Positions 1 through 10,150 are shown, numbered from the stretch's first letter. The stretch is 63,354 nucleotides of DNA from Candidatus Kapaibacterium sp. (GCA_025358765.1 JANYIG010000093.1:1-63354), one strand, 5' to 3'. Translations and numbers: made by a program. Notes: generated by a model from the letters alone, not told the origin.

Positions 1-60
1 TAGATAACCTTGACTACCCTCAAGCGCATCACCCCTCTGCAAGCCGCTTCACGTCTTGCT

Positions 61-80
61 TCTCCCCTTATAAGGGGAGA
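61..80. repeat. Perfect 20-bp palindrome TCTCCCCTTATAAGGGGAGA, REP-like intergenic element
   Basis: Self-complementary sequence read directly; flanked by ACCCCTC and GAGTGGGGT arms. Confidence 0.55.
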
Positions 81-142
81 TTGAGTGGGGTTCTTGCGCG
101 TAAGGTTTGATGCGGTTTTCAGGAATTTATCTAAACTTCAAT

Positions 143-1309
143 TCAGGCTTTCACAGTCATAAGCGAGCGGCGGAGTTCAAGCGAAAGCGTTGTGAGTAAC
201 AGCGTCGTGTTGACGTTTTTACGAAGCAGCTCAATCGCATGTTCAATATGGCGGGCGGCAACGTCAAGCGCTCCACGAGCCGCAAATTTACCGACAAAAC
301 TCTGTAAATCTTTCACTTGGTCAATGTTTATAATAGTTGCCGTGTCGTCCGATACTGAAAGTGCGTAGGCATCGCGTACCCAGAGCAGCAGTAAAATGAG
401 CATTTTTTCGAGTTTTGCACGATCGCGGTCACCCGCCGCACTTTCTAACTCATGCGTAAGACGCAAAATATAACCACGTGGCGTAAGTATTGTTCGCAGC
501 AAGCTCACCACGTCGAACCGCAATTGCCGTAAATCCTCGCCCAAAAGTTCCGCTGCTTTCGAGTAGCTCCCATCTGCTAACCGAGCAATGAGCATTGCTT
601 CTTGTTCCGGCACGTTCAGGCGTTCATGTAATGCGCGAGCAACACTATCGTCGGGAAGCGGGTCGCAGCGCAGTTGCTGGCAGCGAGAGAGAATCGTCTG
701 CAACAGCTGTTCGCGGCGTGAACTCGTCAGAATAATCGTCACATTCGACGATGGCTCTTCTAACGTTTTCAGAAAGGCGTTTGCCGCTTCCATCGTCATC
801 GCATCGGCTTCGGAGATAATAATTACCCTCCTGCCGCGTTGCGATGCGCTCATGGATATGTTTTTTTTTACGTCGCGGATGGATGCAATACGAATTTGTG
901 CGGCGTTCGGGATTGAAATATTATGATACGGGTTCTCTGCTTTGGCGTGAAGTTGTTCCTGAATCAGCGTAATTTGGTCGTCCGTAAGCTTCAAAATTGC
1001 CGAATCCATACCATCCGCCGTTTTTGCATCTGCCTTTGCCGCTGGCAGCGAAAACACAAATTGAATATTTGGATGTTGCAACCGCGATGCTTGTAGGCAG
1101 CTTTTGCACGTGCCACAGGCTTCCACACTTGTTGCGGAGCGCATCGGCTTTTCGCAATTCAGCACCGTTGCAAACTCTAATGCCAGAGCGTCTTTGCCAA
1201 TACCTTCCGCACCCCAAAAACAGTAGGCATGAGCCACGCGCCCTTCTAAAACTGCCCTCTGGAGGATAGATTTTACACGCTCCTGACCGATAATGTTTTT
1301 CCAAGCCAT
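143..1309 (-). CDS. holB: DNA polymerase III subunit delta'
   Basis: IIGQ start, HAYCFWGAEGIGK P-loop-like motif, zinc motif C-x-ACGTCKSC, ANAFLKTLEEP, TILSRCQ (SRC). Start moved to MAWKNII. Confidence 0.92.
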   Translation of the reverse strand: MAWKNIIGQERVKSILQRAVLEGRVAHAYCFWGAEGIGKDALALEFATVLNCEKPMRSATSVEACGTCKSCLQASRLQHPNIQFVFSLPAAKADAKTADGMDSAILKLTDDQITLIQEQLHAKAENPYHNISIPNAAQIRIASIRDVKKNISMSASQRGRRVIIISEADAMTMEAANAFLKTLEEPSSNVTIILTSSRREQLLQTILSRCQQLRCDPLPDDSVARALHERLNVPEQEAMLIARLADGSYSKAAELLGEDLRQLRFDVVSLLRTILTPRGYILRLTHELESAAGDRDRAKLEKMLILLLLWVRDAYALSVSDDTATIINIDQVKDLQSFVGKFAARGALDVAARHIEHAIELLRKNVNTTLLLTTLSLELRRSLMTVKA

Positions 1310-1357
1310 ATATTCGATGGGTATAATATTCTCTATCATTAATTTGCCGCACTAATT

Positions 1358-3034
1358 CTACCGAACAGGCAATGCTTTACCGTCAATATTCTTCATTGTA
1401 ATGCCTAATATTTTCGCCATGGTAGGCGCTATATCTGCCGGCGATACACGTTCTTGATGGATGCTCGGTTTAATGCCCGCACCAAAGAAACAAAGCGGTG
1501 TATGGCGGTCGTAGTCATGCGGTGTGCCATGTGTGGCGGTTGCACCTCCCAAAATCCAGTTTCGGCGTGGATAGAACATCACTTCGCCGGTGCGAGGTGC
1601 ATAATAATCGTTACGAATCAGATCAAAAACTTCCTGCGAAACGTCTTTTGGTCGGCGTTTTGCCACCAGTTCATCTGCCGTCACAACTGCGCCCATGCCT
1701 GCAAAACGCTTCATTACTGCCTTGAGTGAATCCATTAGCACCACCCGCTTCACGCCTGCTTTCTGGGCAGCATCCATCGCTTTCGGGCTGAGAAACACGG
1801 ATGGCGGCTCAAGGTTTTGCACCCATTTTTCTGCTTTTGCTTGCGGGAATGCCCGTTGCAAACCATCGTCAATTGCCTCGATAAGCTCCAATCCTCGTAT
1901 GCGTCCCGCATCGGCAGTATCGCCCTGCGTCATCTTGATGTACTCTGGAACGGGCGCTACGCCGTGGTCGGACGTGATAGCCAGCACGTAGTTTTCGCGC
2001 CCAATCGTACTGTCTAAATAATCAATAAACTCGCCAAAAAATTTATCCACTTGAGCATACATCTCCGGCAGTTCGCGGCTGTGCGGTCCGAATTGATGTC
2101 CGACGTAGTCCGTAGCGGAAATACTCAGGCAGAAAATATCCGTTACGTTGTTCTTGCCGACCTCGTATTGCTGCATGACCGAGCGTGCAAACGAAAACAA
2201 ATGCTCCACCGAAAACGGCGAGAGCAAAAACCGCGCATTCATCTGTTTGAGGCTGTCTGCCGACGGGATTGTGTACGGAAATACATTGCGTCCGCCAGGA
2301 AGCGCTTCAAAACTCATGGTGTCAGGAATAGCTGTAATCATGGGGTCGGTGAGTGCTGTATTCCAGACTTTTCCGGCGTAGGAGCGCATATTATGGCTTT
2401 CGTTCCAACTTTGAAGCCATGAAGGTAGTGCTTTTGTGTAATAATCCGACGTTGTATAGCCTCCTGCTTCATGTTCAAACCAGAAAGCAGCATCCGCGTC
2501 GTGTCCTGACATCAAAATCGCAGCACGGTCTTTCTGAGACACACCCAAAACCTTGCTTTTAGGTGAAATTTTTTTCAGGTACGTTCCGAGCGTCGGCACT
2601 TTCAGGTTTGTGGGCGAATGCCACTCTTTGGGGTCTGTCATCCCGAAAGTTTTTCGCATGGTGTCTTGTACACAATAGAGTTCCAATCCGGCATTGCGGT
2701 CGTAATAATCGTTAGAAACAATGCCCGTTTTATGTGGGTAGCAGCCTGTTAAATGTACTGCGTGTCCCGGAGCCGTAATGTTCGAGGCATGGTTAAAATA
2801 GCAGTTCGGGAACCACGCTCCCTCCTTGATAAGGCGATTAAAACCCTTGTCACCCCATGTTTTACCCCACAATGCGGGGTAATCACCTCGCATCTGGTCG
2901 AAGGCAACAACGAATACAACTTTGGGTTTGGGTGATTTTTTCGGGGAAGACTTGGGCGCGGCATAGAGGCTACACCATATGCAGCAACAAGCTGTAATAA
3001 GAATGGAGAATGTGGTTTTGGCGATGTAATTCAT
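1358..3034 (-). CDS. Secreted alkaline phosphatase-superfamily enzyme (PafA-like nucleotide pyrophosphatase/phosphodiesterase)
   Basis: PKVVFVVAFDQMRGD, TAPGHA (Thr nucleophile), KDRAAI, DYVGHQFGP, TSDHG, HGTPHDYD; signal peptide from MNYIAK. Confidence 0.88.
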   Translation of the reverse strand: MNYIAKTTFSILITACCCIWCSLYAAPKSSPKKSPKPKVVFVVAFDQMRGDYPALWGKTWGDKGFNRLIKEGAWFPNCYFNHASNITAPGHAVHLTGCYPHKTGIVSNDYYDRNAGLELYCVQDTMRKTFGMTDPKEWHSPTNLKVPTLGTYLKKISPKSKVLGVSQKDRAAILMSGHDADAAFWFEHEAGGYTTSDYYTKALPSWLQSWNESHNMRSYAGKVWNTALTDPMITAIPDTMSFEALPGGRNVFPYTIPSADSLKQMNARFLLSPFSVEHLFSFARSVMQQYEVGKNNVTDIFCLSISATDYVGHQFGPHSRELPEMYAQVDKFFGEFIDYLDSTIGRENYVLAITSDHGVAPVPEYIKMTQGDTADAGRIRGLELIEAIDDGLQRAFPQAKAEKWVQNLEPPSVFLSPKAMDAAQKAGVKRVVLMDSLKAVMKRFAGMGAVVTADELVAKRRPKDVSQEVFDLIRNDYYAPRTGEVMFYPRRNWILGGATATHGTPHDYDRHTPLCFFGAGIKPSIHQERVSPADIAPTMAKILGITMKNIDGKALPVR

Positions 3035-3124
3035 ATGAAATAAGAGCAGCCATGTGAATAAAGTGGGTATTAAAGGGTATCCAAAAATACGCAAAATGAC
3101 GCAGATGAAATATAAAAGAAGCGT

Positions 3125-3157
3125 AAAAAAGCCTACCAAATCGAGATTTAGTAGGCT
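3125..3157 (-). terminator. Rho-independent terminator after the T9SS cargo gene
   Basis: Minus strand AGCCTACTAAATC-TC-GATTTGGTAGGCT followed by a T run. Confidence 0.8.
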
Positions 3158-3209
3158 GAAGACATCACCATAGATTGTGACAGTAAAATATCACTTGGAG
3201 AGTATGCCT

Positions 3210-6200
3210 TTATTTCACAATCTGCAACGGTTTCATATCGAATACAGAACCAGCATACAAACGATAGAAGTACATTCCGTTCGGCAACGTACTCACATCC
3301 ACCGGAAGCGTGTATGTGCCTGCTGTCTGGGTTGTATTCACGATCGTCATCACCGATTGACCAAGCAGATTTACGATTTCTAATGTTACCACGGCTTGCC
3401 CCGTAAGAACGTATTCAAACGTCATGCGCCCGTCGGACGGATTTGGGAAGGCATTCAGTTGTAACGCAAGGCGTTCTGCGTTCGTCGGTTCGGCTTTCAC
3501 GCTTGTTACCACGTCAGCCCGAAGAACGATTGTGCTGTCAATTTTTCCGTCGTTCTTGAAGTCAATATAAAGCGTAACGCCCGTTTTTCCGATGTCGCCA
3601 AAATTTTGAATAGCAAATGTATGTGCTTCATTTGCACCAACGTTAATACCTTTAAAATCTGAAGCATCTGCACCACGACTGAAATTAACATCATAGCGTT
3701 TTGCACTGCCATAATTAGTCACCACCACGTTTCCGCCGTCATTGAGCAAGCGCACGTCAAGCGAGTCATTAGCGGCAAGTGCCGTATTTTGTAGCCGGAC
3801 TACGTTTTCCCACTCTGCGTTGGGACCGAGCTTTGCAAGCGTCATCGAGAAGGCGGAACTTGCGCCGGATGAACGCACAGCAAAGAGGTCGTTACCAAAA
3901 TCTGCGGCAGCCACCTGCGGTTGATCGGTGGAACCAGCCTTCCAGCGCATATTTGCACTGAAGCGGTCAGCACTATTCACCGCAAGGGTGTTTTGGTCGT
4001 TTGTGTTCGCAGGTTTGAAGTTCACAGTGAGTGCATTCGTGGGCAGGCGCGGCAGAGAAAGTCCTATCGGTGCGGTCAGCGTTGCAACACTACTGCCGCT
4101 CAAGGGAATAATGGGAAATGCACCTTCAATCGTCTGGTCGCCGCCGAACAAGTCTTTTCCGGTGCTTGTCGCACTTCCACCTTGCGGCAGATTGACTGAA
4201 ACCTCCGGTTGTGCGCCGCTTGAGGTTTTGAAATAGACATTCACCGTACGATCCGGCGTATCGCCAACGGCTTGAATAATCGGACGACCGGTAAACGACA
4301 CAACTTTTTCGCCCGTGCCGACGTTATCGGGCATAAAGCCTTTGTTGCCGCCCCACGGCTGATTGGAGCCGGCCGTTGCATTCAAACCAGCATTGGGGTA
4401 AAGCCACGTATTTGCCGTCCGATTTACGACGATAGCCTTTGTCAAGTCACCGGGCCAGTTATTGTCGTAAACATAGAGGCTATCAATAATATTATTCGAG
4501 GCATCGCGGCTGCTGGTGATTTTGTACGGCACAACGGAGTGTCCGCCTTGAATCTGCGTTCCCACATAATTAAAAATCGCAATGCTTTGGTATTGATTGG
4601 GAGCTTGTCCCAGCATTTGACGCAGTGTTGTCACGGTTTGATTGGGCGTAATAGTAAAGTCGCGGTTCACAAACCCCTGATACGCTTGATGGCGGTTGAT
4701 AAGGGTGCGAATCTGGTTGTTGGGCTGCAAACTAAACGGCACAGCAGCATTATATGTGCCGATGTAATTGAATAGGCTCGACACCGTAAATCCATAACAC
4801 GAACCACCCCAGTCACTCGGCTGCCAAGCATTGATAATTTGTTGCGTTGGGATATTGTTGACATACACTGTGAACCCGCGCCCGACGGAGGCAGCAAAAT
4901 CATCCCAACTCGGCGATAAATCGGAACGAGTGGCTTTAGTACGAAACTCCACAGGGTATGTTGAATAAGGGGCTGCGTTGTAATTGATACTGCTCCAGTA
5001 CGCTGAGGGCCAGACGTTATTGTCACAATTACAAAAATTCCAACCATTACTCCGCGTAGCAAATGCCGATGATACGGTCGGGTCTGCCGGAGTGCTGGCG
5101 GCAAAAACACCCACGCTGCTCGTGATGCTCCCCGGAGCATTATCCACCGTCAACGTGTACGTGCCTGCTGGAGCGCTTGCCGGAACAGCAAACGAAGCCT
5201 GCATCGTCGTGGCTGTGCGGGAAGTAATCGTCCCCGTAATCGTCGTGGAGCCAGAGTTTATGCGTACAGCCGTTGCGCCGACAAAATTCGTGTTTGTGCC
5301 ATTCATCGTCAGCGTTGCTGTTTGCCCTATGGTTAATGTTGTCGGTGCTACCGATGCAATCACCACAGGCAATCCTACTTTGAAGCTCATCACTGGTGAC
5401 CAAGGACCACTTTGACCATTCACCGTTGCTCGCACTCGTGCAAAATACTGGGTTCCTGCAACAGTCAACGTTGAAAACCAGCTGCTGCTGAGTGACACAG
5501 ACGTACCCGTGATTGCGCTGCTGTTTTGGAAGAAGGATGTGAATTGTTGGTCGGTGCCGATGTTTATCGTGTAGCCCGATGCGCTGGCGATTGCCGTCCA
5601 GCCAAGCGTCACGGGCGTACCAAGAACAGTCGTTGACGACGAAGGCTGCGTAATAGTCGGAGCGCCTGCTACAGCGTTGCTGCTCGGTGGCGCAAATGTG
5701 TAGCTAATGTTCTGTGGTTTCACCGACACACTCAGTGGCACGGCAAAGCCTGAACCCGTCGTCGGGCTTGGACTCGACCATGCGCCAGTGCGAGCATTCA
5801 CGTCATTCGTCGTCGCCCCACGCAAGCCTACCTGCGGCGTTCGTTGGGTGAAGGTGCTTCCAAGCGAAAACGTGCCATATTCAAAATTGATGGCTCCATT
5901 TTCATTTAGCGTCATTTCCATCGTGAACGTACTATTGCTTGGGTCGCTATAAAAACCAAAGTTTTGCCACTGCACTATAAACTGGCGATTGGGTGCAGTT
6001 CCAATAGTTTTGGAGAAAACACTTCCTGTTGCTGTTCCCTTCAAATCCGCACCAAGCATAGCGATACAACCGCTCCCAATCGCATTTGCTATCGGAAAAC
6101 GATATACTTTGCCGCTTGGTGCTGCTGCGACCGTGCCAAAATACACCGCGCCGTTAGCATCTATCGTGAGCGACGTGTACGAAGCACCGTTGAACGAAAA

Positions 6201-6404
6201 CGCAAACCCAATGGAAACATTTGCATACAACTGATCGTCCACAGTCACCCCCGAACCGTGTGTTGTAGCGTTGTTGACATCAACCAAGCTTACTGCCGTC
6301 CCCGTATTAAATGTATAGGCGCTAATCTGCGCCCATGTCGTCGCCGTACCAAATACACCGAACATGCCGAAAATAAATGCCCAAAGTACCAAGCGTTTAC
6401 ACAT
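3210..6404 (-). CDS. Large secreted T9SS type-A CTD protein with Ig/FN3-like repeats and a putative Cys-His-Asp catalytic domain
   Basis: Signal peptide (MCKRLV...TWA-Q); C-terminal AFPNP...IVNLLGQ...LPNGMYFYRL CTD; internal GGSCYGF / GGHSVVPY / YVYDNN motifs. Confidence 0.85.
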   Translation of the reverse strand: MCKRLVLWAFIFGMFGVFGTATTWAQISAYTFNTGTAVSLVDVNNATTHGSGVTVDDQLYANVSIGFAFSFNGASYTSLTIDANGAVYFGTVAAAPSGKVYRFPIANAIGSGCIAMLGADLKGTATGSVFSKTIGTAPNRQFIVQWQNFGFYSDPSNSTFTMEMTLNENGAINFEYGTFSLGSTFTQRTPQVGLRGATTNDVNARTGAWSSPSPTTGSGFAVPLSVSVKPQNISYTFAPPSSNAVAGAPTITQPSSSTTVLGTPVTLGWTAIASASGYTINIGTDQQFTSFFQNSSAITGTSVSLSSSWFSTLTVAGTQYFARVRATVNGQSGPWSPVMSFKVGLPVVIASVAPTTLTIGQTATLTMNGTNTNFVGATAVRINSGSTTITGTITSRTATTMQASFAVPASAPAGTYTLTVDNAPGSITSSVGVFAASTPADPTVSSAFATRSNGWNFCNCDNNVWPSAYWSSINYNAAPYSTYPVEFRTKATRSDLSPSWDDFAASVGRGFTVYVNNIPTQQIINAWQPSDWGGSCYGFTVSSLFNYIGTYNAAVPFSLQPNNQIRTLINRHQAYQGFVNRDFTITPNQTVTTLRQMLGQAPNQYQSIAIFNYVGTQIQGGHSVVPYKITSSRDASNNIIDSLYVYDNNWPGDLTKAIVVNRTANTWLYPNAGLNATAGSNQPWGGNKGFMPDNVGTGEKVVSFTGRPIIQAVGDTPDRTVNVYFKTSSGAQPEVSVNLPQGGSATSTGKDLFGGDQTIEGAFPIIPLSGSSVATLTAPIGLSLPRLPTNALTVNFKPANTNDQNTLAVNSADRFSANMRWKAGSTDQPQVAAADFGNDLFAVRSSGASSAFSMTLAKLGPNAEWENVVRLQNTALAANDSLDVRLLNDGGNVVVTNYGSAKRYDVNFSRGADASDFKGINVGANEAHTFAIQNFGDIGKTGVTLYIDFKNDGKIDSTIVLRADVVTSVKAEPTNAERLALQLNAFPNPSDGRMTFEYVLTGQAVVTLEIVNLLGQSVMTIVNTTQTAGTYTLPVDVSTLPNGMYFYRLYAGSVFDMKPLQIVK

Positions 6405-6582
6405 AAAACCCCCTAATGACCTTGAATGAAAAGGATATGAATTGAATTTCAAAAAAATGGAGAAGGCTTCCTCCCTGAAAGCCGACATCAAAAGCAGTCA
6501 ATACGTAGTCAATAGCGACAAAGTACAAGAAAAACATGGTTTCTCCAATACTATATCGGGTAAAATTTGATGTGTGATGCTA

Positions 6583-7716
6583 TTATGGTATGCCAGCGTT
6601 AAATTGCGCCAAAAATTCCTGTTTCCACGCCATGTAGGTTCCAGCAAAAATATGGATGCGGGCGGTTTTTACAAGCCAGAGGTAAAATGCAATATTGTGC
6701 TGTGTGGCGAGTTGCAAGGCAAGGATTTCTTCGACATTAAAGAGGTGGCGGATATATGCGAGCGAAAAATTACGGCTTGCGTACGAATTTATGGTATCGT
6801 CAATTGGCGTGTCGGTGAACTTAAACTTTGCGTTGCGGAGGTTAATTTTACCATACGTGGTAAACAGCGTGGCGTTGCGAGCGTTGCGCGTGGGCATTAC
6901 GCAATCGAACATATCCACGCCCCGCTCAATGCACTCCAACAGGTTTTGCGGCGTTCCAACACCCATTAGGTAGCGCGGTTTGTCGGCGGGCAGAACATCA
7001 GTCGAAAGGTCAACTGTTTCGTACATAGCTTCGGCAGGTTCTCCGACGGCAAGCCCACCAATAGCGTAGCCCGGAAAGTCAATATCTATCAATGCTTCGA
7101 GCGATGCACGTCGTAAATCCTTAAACGTGCTGCCCTGCCCAATGCCGAACAAAAGTTGTTTGTGTCCATAACGGTCATCAGAATTCACCCAAGCGTCCTT
7201 GCAGCGCTGCGCCCAGCGCATGGATCGTTCCATCGAATCTTTGGCGTAGTCGTATGTGGCTGGATATGGCGTACATTCGTCAAGCACCATCATAATATCA
7301 GAACCAATACAACGTTCAATCTCAATCACGCGCTCCGGCGAAAAAAAATGCCGTGAACCATCCAGATGCGAGGCAAATGCAACTCCCTCTTCGGTAATCG
7401 TCCGCAATTCCTTGAGCGAAAACACCTGAAAGCCGCCACTGTCCGTGAGAATAGGCTTTTGCCAGTTCATAAACCGATGTAAGCCGCCGAGCCGTGACAG
7501 GACTTCTTCGCCCGGACGCAAATACAAATGATACGTATTGCCCAAAATGATGTGTGCGCCCAATTCCACAAGCTCGCGCTGCTCCAGCGCCTTCACGGTT
7601 CCTTGCGTGCCGACGGGCATAAATATCGGCGTTTCAATATCACCGTTATCCGTGTGAAGCACACCAGCACGGGCTTTGCTGTTAGGGTCGGTTGTGAGAA
7701 GGTTAAAATGATTCAT
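6583..7716 (-). CDS. tgt: Queuine tRNA-ribosyltransferase
   Basis: ETPIFMPVGTQG, LTDSGGFQVFSL, GGLAVGE, RYLMGVG, DMFDCVMPTRNARN. Confidence 0.97.
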   Translation of the reverse strand: MNHFNLLTTDPNSKARAGVLHTDNGDIETPIFMPVGTQGTVKALEQRELVELGAHIILGNTYHLYLRPGEEVLSRLGGLHRFMNWQKPILTDSGGFQVFSLKELRTITEEGVAFASHLDGSRHFFSPERVIEIERCIGSDIMMVLDECTPYPATYDYAKDSMERSMRWAQRCKDAWVNSDDRYGHKQLLFGIGQGSTFKDLRRASLEALIDIDFPGYAIGGLAVGEPAEAMYETVDLSTDVLPADKPRYLMGVGTPQNLLECIERGVDMFDCVMPTRNARNATLFTTYGKINLRNAKFKFTDTPIDDTINSYASRNFSLAYIRHLFNVEEILALQLATQHNIAFYLWLVKTARIHIFAGTYMAWKQEFLAQFNAGIP

Positions 7717-7728
7717 TCGGTCGCTGGC

Positions 7729-8511
7729 TTACACTCGTATTGTTGATTGCATATCCGACAAAATCTCATCGCCACGATAATACACACGCTCCAAAAACAA
7801 ACCCGACGGCGGCGCTGTGAGCTTTGCCGGAATATCCGAATGCTCGTAAAGAAAACTCCGTGCCTCGGCAGTGGTGAGCTTCCCTCGCCCAACTTCTGCC
7901 ATCACGCCCACAATACGCCGCACCATATTCCACAGAAAGTGCGAACCCCGAACGCGAATCAGAATCAGGTTTCCAGCTTCTTCCACGCGAATTTCTTCCA
8001 ACAATGCTTTCATGGATTTTTCGTCGGGGTCATCGGCGGTAAACGAACGGAAATCTTTCATTCCCAAAAATAGTGCACCTGTATCGCGCATCAAATCTGC
8101 GTTCAGCGCATCTTTTATCCACCACACATACCGTTTGGCAAATGCTGCACGGCGACGCGAAATTTGGTAGAGATAACTTCTGGATACCGCATCGTATCGT
8201 GCGTGGAACGCTTTGTGTATTTTTTCGACCTCAAGGATATTAATGTCCGCAGGAAGGTTATCGTTGATTTTCATACGAAGGATGTGTGGTGCGAGCATCG
8301 TCTGCGCCTCCAAATGCGCCACTTGTGCCAGAGCGTGAACACCAGCATCGGTGCGCCCGGAACCATAGAGCTCAAAATTATCGGTTCCCAATATCTCGCG
8401 CAATGCGCCGATGATATCCCCCTGCACGGTACGGGCGTTTTTCTGCGACTGCCAGCCGCTGTACCGTGTGCCTTCGTATTCGAGTGTGAGTTTGAATCGC
8501 ATACATGTCAT
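7729..8511 (-). CDS. truA: tRNA pseudouridine(38-40) synthase
   Basis: LEYEGTRYSGWQ, GSGRTDAGVHA, FLWNMVRRIVG, TAPPSGLFL. Confidence 0.95.
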   Translation of the reverse strand: MTCMRFKLTLEYEGTRYSGWQSQKNARTVQGDIIGALREILGTDNFELYGSGRTDAGVHALAQVAHLEAQTMLAPHILRMKINDNLPADINILEVEKIHKAFHARYDAVSRSYLYQISRRRAAFAKRYVWWIKDALNADLMRDTGALFLGMKDFRSFTADDPDEKSMKALLEEIRVEEAGNLILIRVRGSHFLWNMVRRIVGVMAEVGRGKLTTAEARSFLYEHSDIPAKLTAPPSGLFLERVYYRGDEILSDMQSTIRV

Positions 8512-8582
8512 TTGTGATTGAACCTATTTACCGTAACGCTTTTGAATAAGCTGCATGGGGCATTCTTAGGCAAAACATTCTC

Positions 8583-9671
8583 TCAGACAAACGGCAGTTT
8601 AACAACTTCGGCAGGATATTCTTTTCCGCGTACTTCTATGTGGACAATCGTTCCGAGCTGGCTTTGTTCTGAGTTCACGTAGCCAAGTGCTATGCCTTTG
8701 TTTAGCACGGGCGAGATGGAACCGCTGGTGATTTCGCCCGTGTGCTGCCCATTTGCGAACACTTTGTAATGCGGGCGCGGTATGATCTTTTCTTGCTGAA
8801 GCTGCATCCCCACTAATTTGCGCCCAACACCCACTTCTTTTGCTTTAACAAGCACATCTTTCCCAACAAAGTTTTCTTTGGATAGCTTGGTAATCCAGCC
8901 TAATCCTGCTTCGAGCGGATGGGTGGTTTGGTCAATATCGTTGCCGTAGAGGCAATATCCTTTTTCCAAGCGCAAGGTGTCACGTGCTCCCAAACCAATC
9001 GGTTCAATACCAAACTCCGAGCCAGCATCCATAATGGCGTTCCAAACCGTTGCGGAGGCGTAATGGTTTCCCTTAAAATAGAGTTCAAAACCAATTTCAC
9101 CCGTGTACCCTGTACGCGAAAGTATCATCTCCACTCCTGCCAGCGTTCCCATCACAAAGGAGTAATACGGAACATCTGCCAGATGAGCGGTGGTAAGTTT
9201 TTGCAGCGTTGTTATAGATTTCGGTCCTTGCACGGCAAGAAGGCTAACTTCATCGCTGACATTTTTGAGTTCAAGGTCGTGGAAACCGCTTGTATGCTGC
9301 TTCATCCAGTCAATATCTTTTTCAATATTCGAGGCATTAATCACGAGCATATAGTGGTCGCCGCAGTGGTACACGAGCAAATCGTCCACGATGCCGCCAT
9401 TATCGTAGCACATCGCAGAATACTGCGCTTTGCCATGGGTGAGTTTTGATGCGTCATTGATGGTGATGTGCTGTATAAACGCAAGCGCATCAGCACCGCG
9501 TATTTCCACTTCGCCCATATGGGAAACGTCGAACATACCAACGGCGGTGCGAACGGCATTGTGTTCAGCCAAAATACCTTTGGAATAATTCACCGGCATG
9601 TCAAATCCAGCGAACGGAATGACCTTGGCACCGAGTTGTTTGTGCAGGTCGTAGAAGTGAGTACGGTTCAT
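8583..9671 (-). CDS. gcvT: Glycine cleavage system aminomethyltransferase T
   Basis: FAGFDMPVNY, FDVSHMGE, SRTGYTGE, GLGARDTLRLEKG; start moved to MNRTHF. Confidence 0.96.
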   Translation of the reverse strand: MNRTHFYDLHKQLGAKVIPFAGFDMPVNYSKGILAEHNAVRTAVGMFDVSHMGEVEIRGADALAFIQHITINDASKLTHGKAQYSAMCYDNGGIVDDLLVYHCGDHYMLVINASNIEKDIDWMKQHTSGFHDLELKNVSDEVSLLAVQGPKSITTLQKLTTAHLADVPYYSFVMGTLAGVEMILSRTGYTGEIGFELYFKGNHYASATVWNAIMDAGSEFGIEPIGLGARDTLRLEKGYCLYGNDIDQTTHPLEAGLGWITKLSKENFVGKDVLVKAKEVGVGRKLVGMQLQQEKIIPRPHYKVFANGQHTGEITSGSISPVLNKGIALGYVNSEQSQLGTIVHIEVRGKEYPAEVVKLPFV

Positions 9672-9763
9672 GGGAAAGTCAGCAACAATGCGTGAAACAA
9701 ATACGAAGACGGTGTCAAAAATGAATGCTACCAAAATAGGTTTTTTCCACGCCGGACGGAAAT

Positions 9764-9798
9764 AAAAAAGCGCCGCATCACGTTTGGTGCGGCGCTTT
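9764..9798 (-). terminator. Rho-independent terminator after the small Lys-rich gene
   Basis: AAAGCGCCGCA...TGCGGCGCTTT stem with a T tract on the minus strand. Confidence 0.8.
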
Positions 9799-9826
9799 GA
9801 AAAGAGAATCATTCTCCAAAGAAGAA

Positions 9827-9994
9827 TTATTTTTTCTCTTCCATTTTTTCCTTTTTAGCTTTTTTAGCCTTTTTAGCTTTTTTCTCCGCCTTTTTCTCCA
9901 TTTTCGGTTCTTCTTTTGGCTTGTCTTGAGCAAAGGTTGGAACAACTGCGGCAAATGCAAAAAGTGCTGTCAAAGCGATAAGGGATTTACGCAT
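9827..9994 (-). CDS. 55-aa secreted Lys/Glu-rich small protein (not in ORF track)
   Basis: Translates to MRKSLIALTALFAFAAVVPTFAQDKPKEEPKMEKKAEKKAKKAKKAKKEKMEEKK*; Sec signal peptide, AGGAGGTGATC upstream, own terminator. Confidence 0.85.
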   Translation of the reverse strand: MRKSLIALTALFAFAAVVPTFAQDKPKEEPKMEKKAEKKAKKAKKAKKEKMEEKK

Positions 9995-10101
9995 TTGATC
10001 ACCTCCTAAAAAAATTAGTGGAACAGAATTACATACACCGAAAAATAGGGGAACAAATTATCACTTCCAAAAAAATCTTTGAGTACCATCTTCTTCAACA
10101 T

Positions 10102-10150
10102 AAAAAACGCCGCATGGAAAAACTTCTAAGAGTCCTTTTTATGCGGCGTT
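10102..10150 (-). terminator. Rho-independent terminator after the TonB-C-like gene
   Basis: AACGCCGCAT...ATGCGGCGTT inverted repeat with a T tract on the minus strand. Confidence 0.7.

Noticed and set aside
9672-9763. Glycine riboswitch upstream of gcvT
   Set aside because: Region is too short and lacks the GGAGA/CCGAAG/CTCTCAGG motifs
9797-10009. 70-aa plus-strand Phe-rich ORF and the 60-aa minus-strand ORF at 9778-9960
   Set aside because: Shadows of the 55-aa gene, which has the SD, signal peptide and terminator
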